Shown: positions 20,298-31,021, counted from the stretch's first letter. The stretch: 64,000 nucleotides of DNA from Sedimentisphaerales bacterium (GCA_963708075.1 OY970194.1:2624001-2688000), one strand, 5' to 3'. Translations and numbers: made by a program. The notes: generated by a model not told the origin, from the letters alone.

Positions 20298-20849
20298 TCA
20301 TTCGGGGTCGGATGCTGCCGCTGCTTGCATGGGAAGCTTGCCATGCTCCTTCAGGATCGCGTCGACTTCCCTGTCATAGTTTGGATCAATTCGGTACTCA
20401 TCATCGTAGTACCACAGGCCTTCCAGCAGCTTGCGGTCACCGCCGCGGAACTCGGAGAAGCGTTTCTCATAGCCATCGGGATACGCAAATAGACCGAACG
20501 ACCACCATTTCGTGTTCATCTCAACTCTCACCACCCCGTGGTCCGTAATCGTCACAAATCGCGGGCGAAGCGCGCGGATCGCTTGCGGGAACTGCGATAC
20601 CTCCGAGTGCGGCCGGAAGCGCACACGATAATAGTTGGCCTCCAGTTTTCCGCTGGTAACCCGGGCGGAAAGCTCCCGGCATGCGTCGAGCAGAGCCTGG
20701 TGGTCGGCCTGGCCCAGCAGCTTCGGACGCAGGTCCCTCAGCTCGACACTCATCAACAGACCCAGTCCGACCTGATAGCCGGAGTAGACCAGCATGGCCA
20801 CTACGGCAATAGTGACAACTATGACGATTGCTCTTCCGGTTCTGCTCAT
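20298..20849 (-). CDS. Hypothetical membrane-anchored protein
   Basis: N-terminal hydrophobic helix; DHQALLDACREL...LLEGLWYYDD; no recognised family. Confidence 0.6.
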   Translation of the reverse strand: MSRTGRAIVIVVTIAVVAMLVYSGYQVGLGLLMSVELRDLRPKLLGQADHQALLDACRELSARVTSGKLEANYYRVRFRPHSEVSQFPQAIRALRPRFVTITDHGVVRVEMNTKWWSFGLFAYPDGYEKRFSEFRGGDRKLLEGLWYYDDEYRIDPNYDREVDAILKEHGKLPMQAAAASDPE

Positions 20850-21160
20850 CTCGGTCCTCGATGGGATCGCGCCATTTCCGCCTATCAGCTTACCACTCGT
20901 GTGGAGCGAAGGCAATCCCTCTGTTCAGCGGGCGATCCATTGGGGCATGCCCGGTATGCGGCTATCCGCCCTCGCAGGACGAAAGCAGCAATTGGCACGC
21001 GTCGTTGCGGGTTTTCCCTTCGGGCCGGCGGACCGCACGAGCGTAATAACACGAGCGTAGTAAAGGATGAGGCGTTGAGGAAGCGGCCGCAGCCGCTTGG
21101 ACGCCCAAGGTGATCCAGCGATCACCCGTACTGTAACGACAGCAAGGAAAGGATACTGCC

Positions 21161-21589
21161 ATGGCACAGGCAAGAACTGGCGACCATGTGAAAGTCCGTC
21201 TCACGGGAAGGCTGGATGACGGCACCGTCTTCGCGACCGTCGGCGAGGCGGATCCGATCGAGTTCACCCTCGGCACCAGCGATGTGCTGCCGGCGCTCGA
21301 GGATGCATTGGAAGGCATGGAGCCCGGCGAGACGAAAACTGTATTTATCCCGTCCACGGATGCCTTCGGGCCCTGGCGGGAGGAGTTGGTCGAGGAGATT
21401 CCCCGCGAGAGTCTGCCGGTCGAGCTCGACGTCGAGGTCGGCCAGCAACTGCAGGTGAGCCAGCCGGGCATGGACCCGCTCATCGTCTCGGTGATCGATG
21501 CCTCCGACTACTCGGTCACGATCGACGCGAACCACCCCCTGGCCGGCGAAGACCTCGTCTTCGACCTGGAGTTGGTGGACGTCTCCTGA
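21161..21589 (+). CDS. FKBP-type peptidyl-prolyl isomerase (SlyD/SlpA-like)
   Basis: GRLDDGTVF, LEGMEPGETKT, AFG, VTIDANHPLAGEDLVF. Confidence 0.93.
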   Translation: MAQARTGDHVKVRLTGRLDDGTVFATVGEADPIEFTLGTSDVLPALEDALEGMEPGETKTVFIPSTDAFGPWREELVEEIPRESLPVELDVEVGQQLQVSQPGMDPLIVSVIDASDYSVTIDANHPLAGEDLVFDLELVDVS

Positions 21590-21829
21590 TACCGTTTTCA
21601 CACCACGCACGTTCAGGGAGGGCATGAATCCACGTGCCCTCCCTGACGCGAATACCGCCGCCCGTGTCGCAATCGATTTTGACCCTCCGCCAGAACTATG
21701 CGGGTGATTTCTTGCGATACGGCCTTGCGCCCACGAACACGAGATTCCGTGCCGTAGAAATGCAGGATTTTGCGTCTGAACTGCGAGAGCTTCTCGCACA
21801 GGCAACCGCCGATTGCGGTGGTGATGGAT

Positions 21830-21864
21830 AAAGAAAAGGCCCCATGACAAGCACGGGGCCTTCT
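21830..21864 (-). terminator. Intrinsic terminator of the cold-shock gene
   Basis: Minus strand AAGGCCCCGTG-cttgt-CATGGGGCCTT running into a TTTTCTTT tract, about 20 nt after the stop. Confidence 0.8.
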
Positions 21865-21885
21865 GTTGAACAAGCGGATCGTGCC

Positions 21886-22089
21886 TTAGCAGGGCACGAC
21901 GTTGGTCGCGCACGGGCCTTTGCGGCCCTGGCCGACCGTGAATTCGACCTTCTGGCCCTCGTCCAGCGAAGCAAACCCGTTGGTCTTTATCTCCGAGTGG
22001 TGGACGAACAAATCCTCGCCGCCGCCGTCCGGGGAGATAAATCCAAATCCCTTGTCCGCGTTAAACCATTTCACCGTTCCTTTTGCCAT
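21886..22089 (-). CDS. cspA: Cold-shock protein (CspA family), 67 aa
   Basis: [27 protein letters not shown] (RNP1/RNP2); SD GGAG; paralogue name uncertain. Confidence 0.95.
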   Translation of the reverse strand: MAKGTVKWFNADKGFGFISPDGGGEDLFVHHSEIKTNGFASLDEGQKVEFTVGQGRKGPCATNVVPC

Positions 22090-22200
22090 TTCTTGTACTC
22101 CCTGGACCCGACGGGTCCACAAATAGATTCTCCCTCTGTCACTGTCAAAGGGGTATACTCCGAGGGAGGAAAGCGTACTCCTTACTATAGACTGCAAGGG

Positions 22201-22250
22201 AGTATACGCCCTCGCCGCCCCGCCGTCCAGGAAATTATAAAAAAATATTT
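22201..22250 (-). promoter_or_regulatory. Sigma70-type promoter with AT-rich UP element for the csp gene
   Basis: Minus strand TGGACG-17 bp-TATACT, preceded by AAATATTTTTTTATAATTT. Confidence 0.6.
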
Positions 22251-22482
22251 CCGACCCCCCCGGTGAGGATAGAGGGTAAGAAGGCAGGAAAGGTGTGATT
22301 CTACAGCCAACGTTTGTCGCGACAATAGGGCGTTCTCGGGCGATGACTCCTTCAGCGTGCGCAAAGGGACACTTATGCTTGCCTCCGGCGACATTGGAAA
22401 GGGCCGAGAGCAAGACCCACAGCCCTTGCGTGTGGGAACCCACGCGGTCCGCACGGAGTACGCATCTCGCTAAGCCGGCAGG

Positions 22483-22677
22483 CTATTCGAGGAGGTAGGT
22501 CTGGTGTGGCCGCGGTTGCGGGGAAGGAACATGAACGACTCGGATGGCGCCTTGAGAAGGCGCGCAAATGGCACAGACCCGTCTCGTTCGCCCGGACTCC
22601 TCAAACGAGATCACCACACATCCGCTCAGCAGGACTGCCGCCGCCAGGATCACGAGAACCAATAGTGCCCTTTTCAT
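22483..22677 (-). CDS. Small hypothetical lipoprotein (64 aa)
   Basis: Strong SD AGGAGGT; MKRALLVLVILAAAVLLSGC lipoprotein signal. Confidence 0.65.
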   Translation of the reverse strand: MKRALLVLVILAAAVLLSGCVVISFEESGRTRRVCAICAPSQGAIRVVHVPSPQPRPHQTYLLE

Positions 22678-22854
22678 GGCTTACCTCCTATACATCAGAG
22701 CCGTTTTTCAGCATTTGCTCTACATAGATAAGGCAGCGGACAGCCATCTGGTAACGGTGACAAAACTCGGGTAGACTGGGGGCCGCTCCATTGGAGCGTG
22801 TTGGAACAGGAAATGCACGGCATCCTGCGAACTTGTTGAGAAAGGAACTGGGAT

Positions 22855-25800
22855 ATGGCTTCCATGGGACGCGTTTTTGTGCTTGCGGTTTGTCTGATAG
22901 CGGTCACTGCATCCGCTCAGTCCGGGCCTACGCCCGTGCGGATGGACGTACGGGTCTGGGAGGAGCCGCTCGTATTGCCCTCCTATCGCGTGGACCCGCC
23001 CGACCCGAGCCCCATGTTCTATACGGGCGCCTCCTACCAGGGAGCCCAGAAGCGGATCTATCCGTATCCGTTGATCGACAGGATCACCGGGATTCGCGAG
23101 GAAGGGACGTGGAAGTCGCTGAACCTGGAGAACGAGTACATCCGGCTGTCGGTCCTGCCGGAGATCGGCGGCAGGCTGTTCTCAGCCGTGGACAAGACGA
23201 ACGGCTACGACGTCTTTTACCATCAGCACGTCATCAAGCCCGCCCTGATCGGCATGCTGGGCGCGTGGATCTCCGGCGGCGTCGAGTGGTGCGTCTTCCA
23301 CCATCACAGGAACACGACCCACATGCCGGTGGATTACACGCTGGCGGAGAACCCCGATGGCAGCAAGACGATCTGGTTCGGCGAAACGGAACGGCGGCAT
23401 CGCATGCGCTGGATCATCGGCATCACGCTGTACCCGGACAAGTCGTACATCGAAGCGACCGTCAAGATGTTCAACCGCACCGCCTTGCCGAACTCGATTC
23501 TCTACTGGGCCAACGTGGCCGTGCACGTCAACGATGATTACCAGGTGATCTTCCCGCCGAGCGTCCAGGTGGCAACCTACCACTCCAAGAACGACTTCTC
23601 CTACTGGCCGATCGGGCAGGGCCGATATCGCGGTACAGACTACAAGGGCGTGGACCTGAGTTGGTGGAAGAACCACCCGAACGCCGTGTCGTTCTTCGCC
23701 TGGGACCGGCAGGAAGACTTCATGGGCGGCTACGATCACGGCCGCGAGGCCGGAGTTGCGAGTATCGGCGACCACCACGTCGTCACCGGCGCCAAGCTTT
23801 GGGAATGGGGACCGAACAACATCTGGGACACGAAGGTGCTGACCGACTCCGATGGCCCGTACGCGGAGTTGATGGTCGGGGCGTTCTCAGATAACCAGCC
23901 CGACTATAGCTGGATCAAGCCGTACGAGGTCAAGACCTTCAAGCAATACTGGTACCCGATCCGCGAGATCGGAGGAATGAAGAACGCCAATCTCGATGCG
24001 GCCGTGAATCTGGAACTCGATCCCAACGGCGTGGCCACATTCGGATTCAACACGACCTCGCCATTCAAAGGGGCGAGAGTTGTGCTGACCGCCGGTGACA
24101 AGACCATCGTCAAGCAGACGATCAACATCAGTCCTGACAAGCCGTACGTGAAGAGCGTCAAAGTCCCCGATGGCGCGGAGGAGACCGAACTGAAAGCGTC
24201 GCTCCTGACCTCAAGCGGCCGCACGCTCGTGTCGTACCAGCCGCAGAAAAGGCCGCAACCTGAGAAGTTGCCCGATACCGTCAAGGCCCCGCCGGCCCCG
24301 AAGGATATCGAAAAGATCGAGGACCTGTACCTCACGGGCCTGCGCCTTGAGCAGATCTGCAACCCCAGCGTGGATCCGTTCGACTACTACAACGAGGCGT
24401 TGAAGCGCGACCCGGACGACTCCCGCACGAACACGGTCGTCGGCGCCAGCTACAACAAGCGCGGCATGTACCAGCAGGCAGAGGAACATCTGCGCCGGGC
24501 GATCCGCAAGGTCTCGGCGGAATACACCCGACCCGTGAATACGGAGGCTTACTACCACCTCGGCCTGTCACTGAAGGGACAGGGCCGACTGGAGGAGGCG
24601 TACGACGCCTTCTACCGCTCGACATGGGACTACGCGTTCCACAGTGCCGGATACTTCCAGTTAGCAGCCCTCTCCAGTCGAAAGGGCGATTTCACCAAGG
24701 CCCTGGAACAGATTGACCAATCTCTCTCGACGAACACACTCAACACCAAGGCCGCCGGTTTCCGGGCGGCGATGCTGCGCAAGCTCGGCCGGCCCGCGGA
24801 GGCGACGGCTCCGATTCACAGCGTGCTCACCGCCGACCCGCTCGACTTCCTGGCGATGAATGAGACGTATCTGTCGCGATCGAAGTCCGCCGCCAAGCAG
24901 GTGCTGGCCCGGATGAAGGCCGTCATGCGTGACGATGTGCAATCCTACCTGGAGCTGGCCGCCGACTACATGGACTGGGGTCTCTGGGACGAGGCCATCG
25001 ACATCCTGCAACGGCCCGTGAAGTCGAAGATGGGCTCCGCAAGCACCTACCCGATGGTGTACTACTATCTCGGATATCTGTACGAGCAGAAGGGCCAGAC
25101 GGAAAAGGCCACAGAGCAATATCGGCTGGCCGTGAAGATGCCCGCTGACTACTGCTTCCCGTTCCGGTTCGAATCGGCGGATGTCCTCAAGGCCACAATC
25201 AAGGCTAATCCATCCGACGCACGGGCATACTATTACCTCGGGAACCTCCTCTACGACAATCAGCCGGAGAAGGCCATCGAGGCTTGGGAAAAGTCCGCGT
25301 CGCTCGACACGACGCTCGCCGTTGTCCACCGCAATCTTGGCTGGGGCTATTACCGGCACGACAGCAACACGGTAAAAGCCATCACCAGCTACGAGAAGGC
25401 AATCGCCTGCACCGACCGCGACGCCGGGTATTACCTTGAGTTGGATGATCTGTACGAGCGGGCGAATGCGTCGCCTGAGAAACGGCTGAGACTGCTGGAG
25501 GACAATCACGAGCTGATCGCCCAGCACAAGCCCCTGCTGATCCGGGAGATCGCCCTGCTCATACCCATGGGTAAGTACGACCGGGCCATCGACCTGCTGA
25601 CAAACAACCAGTTCTACACCAGTGAAGGCGGCGGCCGTGAGCTTCACGATACATACGTCGATGCGCATCTGCTGCGCGGCCTGGCGTATATGAGCGAGAA
25701 GCAATACGAGAAGGCCCTCAAGCACTTCCAGCAGGCATCGGAGTACCCTGACAACCTGGCCATCGAGCGGCCGGAAAATGACAGGCGCGGCCCGCAAGTG

Positions 25801-26214
25801 GCCTACCTGACCGCCACCGCCTACACCGCACTGGGCCAGGCGGAACAGGCGAATAAACTCTATACGCAGGCGGCCGGCCAGGAGATTCGTTTCGGCGGGT
25901 CGGAGGCTCGCTTCTATCAGGCCATGGCGATGCAGGAGCTGGGCCAGAAGGAAAAGGCCGACGGCATACTCAAGGACTTGGTCGCCTCGGGCACGAAGAG
26001 GATCTCGGGCGAGGGCGACGTCGATTTCTTCGCCAAGTTCGGCGAGCAGCAGACCCGCCAGGGCCAGCGGGCAACCGCCCACTACGAGCTTGGCCTGGGG
26101 TTGCTGGGTCAGGGCCGCCTCGAAGAAGCCAGGAACCAATTCGAGCAGGCGCTCAATTTCAACGCCGGCCACACATGGGCTAAGTATCACATAGCTTCAT
26201 TGAAAGGCAAATAG
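22855..26214 (+). CDS. DUF5107 + tetratricopeptide-repeat secreted protein
   Basis: LENEYIRLSVLPEIGGR, IKPALIGMLGAWISGGVEW, GAKLWEWG, ELMVG; many TPR-like repeats. Confidence 0.88.
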   Translation: MASMGRVFVLAVCLIAVTASAQSGPTPVRMDVRVWEEPLVLPSYRVDPPDPSPMFYTGASYQGAQKRIYPYPLIDRITGIREEGTWKSLNLENEYIRLSVLPEIGGRLFSAVDKTNGYDVFYHQHVIKPALIGMLGAWISGGVEWCVFHHHRNTTHMPVDYTLAENPDGSKTIWFGETERRHRMRWIIGITLYPDKSYIEATVKMFNRTALPNSILYWANVAVHVNDDYQVIFPPSVQVATYHSKNDFSYWPIGQGRYRGTDYKGVDLSWWKNHPNAVSFFAWDRQEDFMGGYDHGREAGVASIGDHHVVTGAKLWEWGPNNIWDTKVLTDSDGPYAELMVGAFSDNQPDYSWIKPYEVKTFKQYWYPIREIGGMKNANLDAAVNLELDPNGVATFGFNTTSPFKGARVVLTAGDKTIVKQTINISPDKPYVKSVKVPDGAEETELKASLLTSSGRTLVSYQPQKRPQPEKLPDTVKAPPAPKDIEKIEDLYLTGLRLEQICNPSVDPFDYYNEALKRDPDDSRTNTVVGASYNKRGMYQQAEEHLRRAIRKVSAEYTRPVNTEAYYHLGLSLKGQGRLEEAYDAFYRSTWDYAFHSAGYFQLAALSSRKGDFTKALEQIDQSLSTNTLNTKAAGFRAAMLRKLGRPAEATAPIHSVLTADPLDFLAMNETYLSRSKSAAKQVLARMKAVMRDDVQSYLELAADYMDWGLWDEAIDILQRPVKSKMGSASTYPMVYYYLGYLYEQKGQTEKATEQYRLAVKMPADYCFPFRFESADVLKATIKANPSDARAYYYLGNLLYDNQPEKAIEAWEKSASLDTTLAVVHRNLGWGYYRHDSNTVKAITSYEKAIACTDRDAGYYLELDDLYERANASPEKRLRLLEDNHELIAQHKPLLIREIALLIPMGKYDRAIDLLTNNQFYTSEGGGRELHDTYVDAHLLRGLAYMSEKQYEKALKHFQQASEYPDNLAIERPENDRRGPQVAYLTATAYTALGQAEQANKLYTQAAGQEIRFGGSEARFYQAMAMQELGQKEKADGILKDLVASGTKRISGEGDVDFFAKFGEQQTRQGQRATAHYELGLGLLGQGRLEEARNQFEQALNFNAGHTWAKYHIASLKGK

Positions 26215-26244
26215 CTTGACCTGTCCGGCGCGATTTGGCGCCGG

Positions 26245-26259
26245 TGAGGATATTCCTCA
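26245..26259. promoter_or_regulatory. Palindromic regulator box TGAGGA-TAT-TCCTCA
   Basis: Perfect 6-3-6 palindrome upstream of baeRF; recurs across the island. Confidence 0.65.
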
Positions 26260-26383
26260 GAGCAACTGAGCACACCGCGCATTGCGGGTGGGTCGATCCC
26301 CATTTACCCTCAGGGCAGCGTGTGGCGCAGCCGTCATGGAGGCGGCAATCGAGCGCAACTGAACCACGCGTCCTGAGGTGATG

Positions 26384-27544
26384 ATGGAGTTGCTGCGAAC
26401 CGAGAACCTGAGAGCGTTGGTTGAACACAAGCAATGGCCCAGTATTTCGATATACCTCCCAACACATCGCACCGGCAGGAAGGAGATACGGGAAGACCCG
26501 ATCCGGCTCAAGAACGCCATCGCCGAGGCGAAAGAGCGACTCAGCGAAGCAGGCTATCCGAGGGACCAGGCATCTGACCTCCTGGAGCAGGCCAGTAATC
26601 TGGTCGTGAGTCAAAGCTTCTGGCTGTACCAGTCAGATGGCCTCGCCTTGTTCGCCTCGCGGGAACTGTTCCAATTCTACCGACTGCCGCTGCGATTCCA
26701 GGATGAGGTGGTCGTTTCAGATCATTTTTCGATCAGGCAGTTGGTGCCCATGTTCTCCGAGGATGGTCGATTCTACGTCCTGGCGCTAAGCCAGAAGCAG
26801 ATTCGCTTCTTCGAGGCGACCCGACTCGGCATTCAGGAAATCGCGGTGCCCGAGATGTTGAAGAGCATCGGCGACCTCAGGCAATACGATCAGGCCGAGG
26901 AGCATATTCAGGGTCATACCATGGCCCTCACGCAGACTGCCAGGACGAATGTCGTCCTTCACGGCCAGGGCACCATCGCTGACAAGGCGACTTACAAAGA
27001 CGACGTGACGAGGTACATACAGGCGGTGGCCAGGAAGCTGGAGAAGTACCTGAGTACGGAGACGGCTCCCCTTGTTCTGGCCGGGGTAGAGTATGAACAA
27101 GCGTTCTACAGGCAGGAGAACGCCTATCACAACCTTCTGAACGAGGGCATCCCTGGAAACCCGCAGGAGCTTGACCAAAACCAGATTCACGACGCGGCGT
27201 GGGAGATCGTCGAGCCATATTTCGCCCAGGCAAGGCAAACCATGCTCGGCCATTACGCCGACTTCTCGAATACGGATAAGACCTCGGACAAACTCGAGAC
27301 GATTCTGCCGGCCGCTTATCATGGGCGGGTCCGCGCCCTGTTCATCGAGCCGAATGCCAAGGCCTGGGGCCAGTTCGATCCTGAGACACTGCTGACGACA
27401 GTCCACGACAGTCCTGGAGAAGGAGATGTGGACCTCATCGACCTCGCGACCGTGTACGTGCTGGAACATCAGGGCACGATCTACGCTCTAAGGAGAGAGG
27501 AGATGCCCACCGGGAGTCCCCACGCGGCCATCTTCCGGTATTAA
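26384..27544 (+). CDS. Bacterial archaeo-eukaryotic release factor (baeRF3/7-like) protein
   Basis: SIYLPTHR, IRLKN, FW..DGLALF, FYVLALSQ..RFF, PLVLAG, AAYHGRVRALF, AIFRY; no GGQ; start could also be 26378 or 26381. Confidence 0.82.
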   Translation: MELLRTENLRALVEHKQWPSISIYLPTHRTGRKEIREDPIRLKNAIAEAKERLSEAGYPRDQASDLLEQASNLVVSQSFWLYQSDGLALFASRELFQFYRLPLRFQDEVVVSDHFSIRQLVPMFSEDGRFYVLALSQKQIRFFEATRLGIQEIAVPEMLKSIGDLRQYDQAEEHIQGHTMALTQTARTNVVLHGQGTIADKATYKDDVTRYIQAVARKLEKYLSTETAPLVLAGVEYEQAFYRQENAYHNLLNEGIPGNPQELDQNQIHDAAWEIVEPYFAQARQTMLGHYADFSNTDKTSDKLETILPAAYHGRVRALFIEPNAKAWGQFDPETLLTTVHDSPGEGDVDLIDLATVYVLEHQGTIYALRREEMPTGSPHAAIFRY

Positions 27545-27607
27545 CGTGATGGGCTTGGCGCCGATGTACTTCGCAGGCGAGTGCATTCATACCGGTGGCC
27601 GCTCGCT

Positions 27608-28918
27608 CTACCATTTCCAGAAGCCCGCCTTGCCGAGCACGTCTTGCACGTGGGTATCCATCTCGCGTTGATCGGTGATGAAGCTGTTGAGGCCGGCCAG
27701 ATTCATGAGACTATCCAGCCCGATGGACCGGTGTGCCAATTGATCCGCCCAGTTGTCAAGCTTGGGAATCTTGCCCTCCTCGGCACTCGTGGCGATCTCG
27801 CTGTTGCTCCATCGAACTAGAAAGTCGCTGCACCCATGTGCCTCGAAGAAACTGATGAGCCTGTCAGCATTGAGCAGATCGATATCCTCCCGGCCGAGGG
27901 CATCGATGCAGGCAACCAATTTGTCGTCCACATCCCAAAGGGTGTCAAGTCCGATGCGATGCGGATCGACATCGTCATTGAGGCCAAGGGCATAGTTCTG
28001 ACCAAGCCGGCTCTCGATGGGCGGCAGCTCATCGGCCCTTCGCCGGAGCTCGCCCGCGATCTTGGGCGGCGACGTGATCACGTCAATCCCCGCCAGATTC
28101 ACGTACTGCTCCCAGGACCGGAAACTCGCTCCAATCTGGTACGTCTGGATTCCGGCTTCTACTCTCAGGGAGCGAACCGCCTCCTGGGATGCCAGGGTGG
28201 CCTTCTCACCGACGTACTCACCGCTGCCCAGATCATTCTCGGCGATGAAGCCGTTCAGCCGCCCCAGAAAGACATTGACGAAGTTCGGCCAGGCGACCCG
28301 CGTGATGACGTAGTTCTGGCGTGCGGAGAAGCCGAGGGTGTGATTGATCGGGATACCCTCCTGCCGTGCCTGGCGGGTGGCAAGCAATCCCGCCGGGGTG
28401 AATGGGATCTTCACATAGAACCGCTCGGGACAGACCGCATAGTACCGCCGCGCGTACTCCACGGATCGCTCGACGTCATGAGCCAGATCGGTGTGCTCTT
28501 CCACGGAGACGTGGGCGTCGAATCGCTCGACCAGACGCAGCCCGTGGGTCGCGTTCAGGATGAAGGCCATCTCCAGCATAAATTCCCGCTCGGTAAGATC
28601 CGGGAAGTCGGAGAGAAGGTCGGCCGCCTCCGCGATCAGCCCATCATAGGTCCCCGTTTGCACTTCCTTGTTAAGGAGCGTGTTGTTCGTCGTCAGGGCG
28701 GTGAATTCCCGCGTCCATACGCGCCCCACATCTTCAAAATTGCCTGAATCCAGCCACAGTTGAGTGCCCAGATTCAGAAACTGTCCCCAGAACGGATCAG
28801 ACTGGGACTCCACTTCCGGCTGCCCGTAGTGCGGGGAGAAATCCTTTCGCACGAAATCGTGCACCTGTTGGCTCAACTCCGAGCCCGCTTTGATTGTCGC
28901 TGTTGTCATAGCTGCCAT
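27608..28918 (-). CDS. tal: Transaldolase family protein (long form)
   Basis: WLDS, TTNNTL, YVKIP (Schiff-base Lys), INHTLGFS, FLGRL, GASFR. Confidence 0.8.
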   Translation of the reverse strand: MAAMTTATIKAGSELSQQVHDFVRKDFSPHYGQPEVESQSDPFWGQFLNLGTQLWLDSGNFEDVGRVWTREFTALTTNNTLLNKEVQTGTYDGLIAEAADLLSDFPDLTEREFMLEMAFILNATHGLRLVERFDAHVSVEEHTDLAHDVERSVEYARRYYAVCPERFYVKIPFTPAGLLATRQARQEGIPINHTLGFSARQNYVITRVAWPNFVNVFLGRLNGFIAENDLGSGEYVGEKATLASQEAVRSLRVEAGIQTYQIGASFRSWEQYVNLAGIDVITSPPKIAGELRRRADELPPIESRLGQNYALGLNDDVDPHRIGLDTLWDVDDKLVACIDALGREDIDLLNADRLISFFEAHGCSDFLVRWSNSEIATSAEEGKIPKLDNWADQLAHRSIGLDSLMNLAGLNSFITDQREMDTHVQDVLGKAGFWKW

Positions 28919-28946
28919 TCCTCATCCTCGAAAGGACTGTCTATGC

Positions 28947-29969
28947 TCATTCTTCTTCCTGTCTCAATACCTTGGCATCCTGCTCCGGCCACGAGGCGTT
29001 GATCTGCATCCCGGAGCCGATCTCGAATCCCGATGGCATCGTCAGCCGGGGCCGGATTTGCAGGTACCAGTGCAGATAGGGAACGATGGAATTCTGCCGG
29101 GAGTAGCTGTGAATGACGTAGTTGTAGTCCGGGTCATTGAGCTGGTCATGAAGCCGCTGGAGCACCTCCTGCAGAGCGATGGCAAAATGCTCCTTCTCCT
29201 GCCTTGCGATGAGGCCGAAATCGGGACTGTGCCTCTTCGGCGTAATCCACACTTCGAACGGTACTTCGGCGGCGAAAGGAACAAACGACAGAAACGAGCT
29301 ATTCTCATACACGAGCCTCGCCCTGTCGGACTCTTCGAAATCCACAATGTCACACAGAACGCATCGCCGGTTTTGCTGGAAGTAGTTCTCCGCGATATGC
29401 TCGCGGCGTGAGACGAACTCCGGCACGATGCTGGTCGCCAACACCTGCGAATGCGGATGGAGGATGGCAGCGCCCGCCTGCTCGCCATGGTTGCGGAAAA
29501 TGATGACCGACTCGATGCTCTCATCCGTGTTGTACAGCTCGCTATGCCGTGTCACGTAGGTCTCCACGACCGCCTCAGCTTCCTCGTGCGTCATCAGGGG
29601 AAGGTCGCGGTTGTGAAACCGGCTCTCGATGATGACCTCCTGACGGCCGTAATTGGAGGTGACCAGGTAGATCCCGCGATTTACGCCCGCCACATCTGTC
29701 TCAGCGGTGAGGACGGGATACTTGTCCGGCACGACCCGCGTCTGCCACAAGCCGTTCTCTTTCGAGGGCATCTCAAAGATGATCGATGGGAGCATCCGCT
29801 CATTGCCCAGGCAGAACGGACACTGCGGGTCCCGCTCGGCCAGATGTGCCGCGGGGTGTTTCGTCCTTGCCCGGCGAGGTCCCCCGGCCCGTTCGGGCGC
29901 ATAAATGACCCATCGATCTGTTACCAGGTTCTGTCGTATCTCGCCCATCATTGTGCTCTGTATATTCAT
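28947..29969 (-). CDS. galT: Galactose-1-phosphate uridylyltransferase family
   Basis: EIRQNLVTDRWVIYAPERA, CPFC, FRNHG..AGA..HPHSQ, GFEIGSG. Confidence 0.9.
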   Translation of the reverse strand: MNIQSTMMGEIRQNLVTDRWVIYAPERAGGPRRARTKHPAAHLAERDPQCPFCLGNERMLPSIIFEMPSKENGLWQTRVVPDKYPVLTAETDVAGVNRGIYLVTSNYGRQEVIIESRFHNRDLPLMTHEEAEAVVETYVTRHSELYNTDESIESVIIFRNHGEQAGAAILHPHSQVLATSIVPEFVSRREHIAENYFQQNRRCVLCDIVDFEESDRARLVYENSSFLSFVPFAAEVPFEVWITPKRHSPDFGLIARQEKEHFAIALQEVLQRLHDQLNDPDYNYVIHSYSRQNSIVPYLHWYLQIRPRLTMPSGFEIGSGMQINASWPEQDAKVLRQEEE

Positions 29970-29998
29970 GGGAGTTCCCGATCAAGACCCAGTTGATT

Positions 29999-30733
29999 TC
30001 AAGTCCAGTACTTTGGGCGTCCGTAGAAATCGTACATCTGCACTTCGTACTCCCGATTCACCGGAGCAGATGGATCATACGGCGGGCTGTCTTCGATCAT
30101 CTGTTTGGGGACATCCACCCACACTTCCCGTCCTTCCCAGCTTATATTCCTGACCCACTCAGATGAGACAAGCACACTCCGTCCGGGGAGCCAGTGGCGT
30201 GTATCCACGACCAGGTAGCGGATGACCCAATCCTCATCGCTGATGATGAAATCTTCGACGTGGCCGATCTGACCGTCGGTCGCGTGGATCCGATATCCAA
30301 TGACCTCTCTCGTGCTCCTCAGGTTTGAGGTTCCTCCGGTACCCTCCTCGGACGACTCCTGTTCCTCCTGCCCAGGCGGAACCGTGAACACGGCGGCGCC
30401 ATAGCCGGTCCCCCAGTATGGGACCCAGTTATAGTATCTGTGCAGTTCAGCCTCTCGCTGTCGTGAGATGGGCTCGTTCTCATCAATGTCAGGCGAGTCT
30501 CTGACCTGTTGTTTGGTCAGTTCGACGGGAAAGGATTGAGTGTGCCAGTCCGGCCGGCCCAGGGCGGTTGCGGCGATCAGCACCTTGCGCCCGCGAAGCC
30601 ATCCGCCCGTGTCCACGACCAGATACCGGATGGCCCAACTGAGATCGTCAAAGAGGAACGTGTGCACCTTGCCGATCTCGCCATCTTTGGCGCCGATGCT
30701 GAATCCCCTGAGACTAATGACGCTGCGAAGCAC
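29999..30733 (-). CDS. Tandem PRC-barrel protein (copy 1)
   Basis: SD AAGGAG + GTG; two repeats of A.DG.IG.V..F..D..W.IRYLVVDT..WL.GR.VL; ends YGRPKYWT. Confidence 0.88.
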   Translation of the reverse strand: MLRSVISLRGFSIGAKDGEIGKVHTFLFDDLSWAIRYLVVDTGGWLRGRKVLIAATALGRPDWHTQSFPVELTKQQVRDSPDIDENEPISRQREAELHRYYNWVPYWGTGYGAAVFTVPPGQEEQESSEEGTGGTSNLRSTREVIGYRIHATDGQIGHVEDFIISDEDWVIRYLVVDTRHWLPGRSVLVSSEWVRNISWEGREVWVDVPKQMIEDSPPYDPSAPVNREYEVQMYDFYGRPKYWT

Positions 30734-30913
30734 GCTGCTCTCCTTACATGCACGGCGGAACCTCCGCGGCACACCCTGCGATTCTTCTCATGTAACCATA
30801 CCTACGGACCGCTTGTGCGAGGGTGCGTTTTGTCCTGATTCGAGAACTCGCCATTGCTGATGCAGACTCACGTTGCCTTATGCTTGTGCATTAGCCGCTC
30901 GTACGACGCAGAT

Positions 30914-30928
30914 TAAGCAAATTCCTAC
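30914..30928. promoter_or_regulatory. Degenerate regulator box TAAGCA-AAT-TCCTAC
   Basis: Resembles the island palindrome; lies between divergent PRC-barrel and ferredoxin genes. Confidence 0.4.
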
Positions 30929-31021
30929 TATGATTCCTCTAACGATGCCTATAATTAAGGACATGGTACAATCTGGGTTGGGGAAACAGGAGTCGTACTG
31001 GACTGGCGCAAGGAGAATCGG

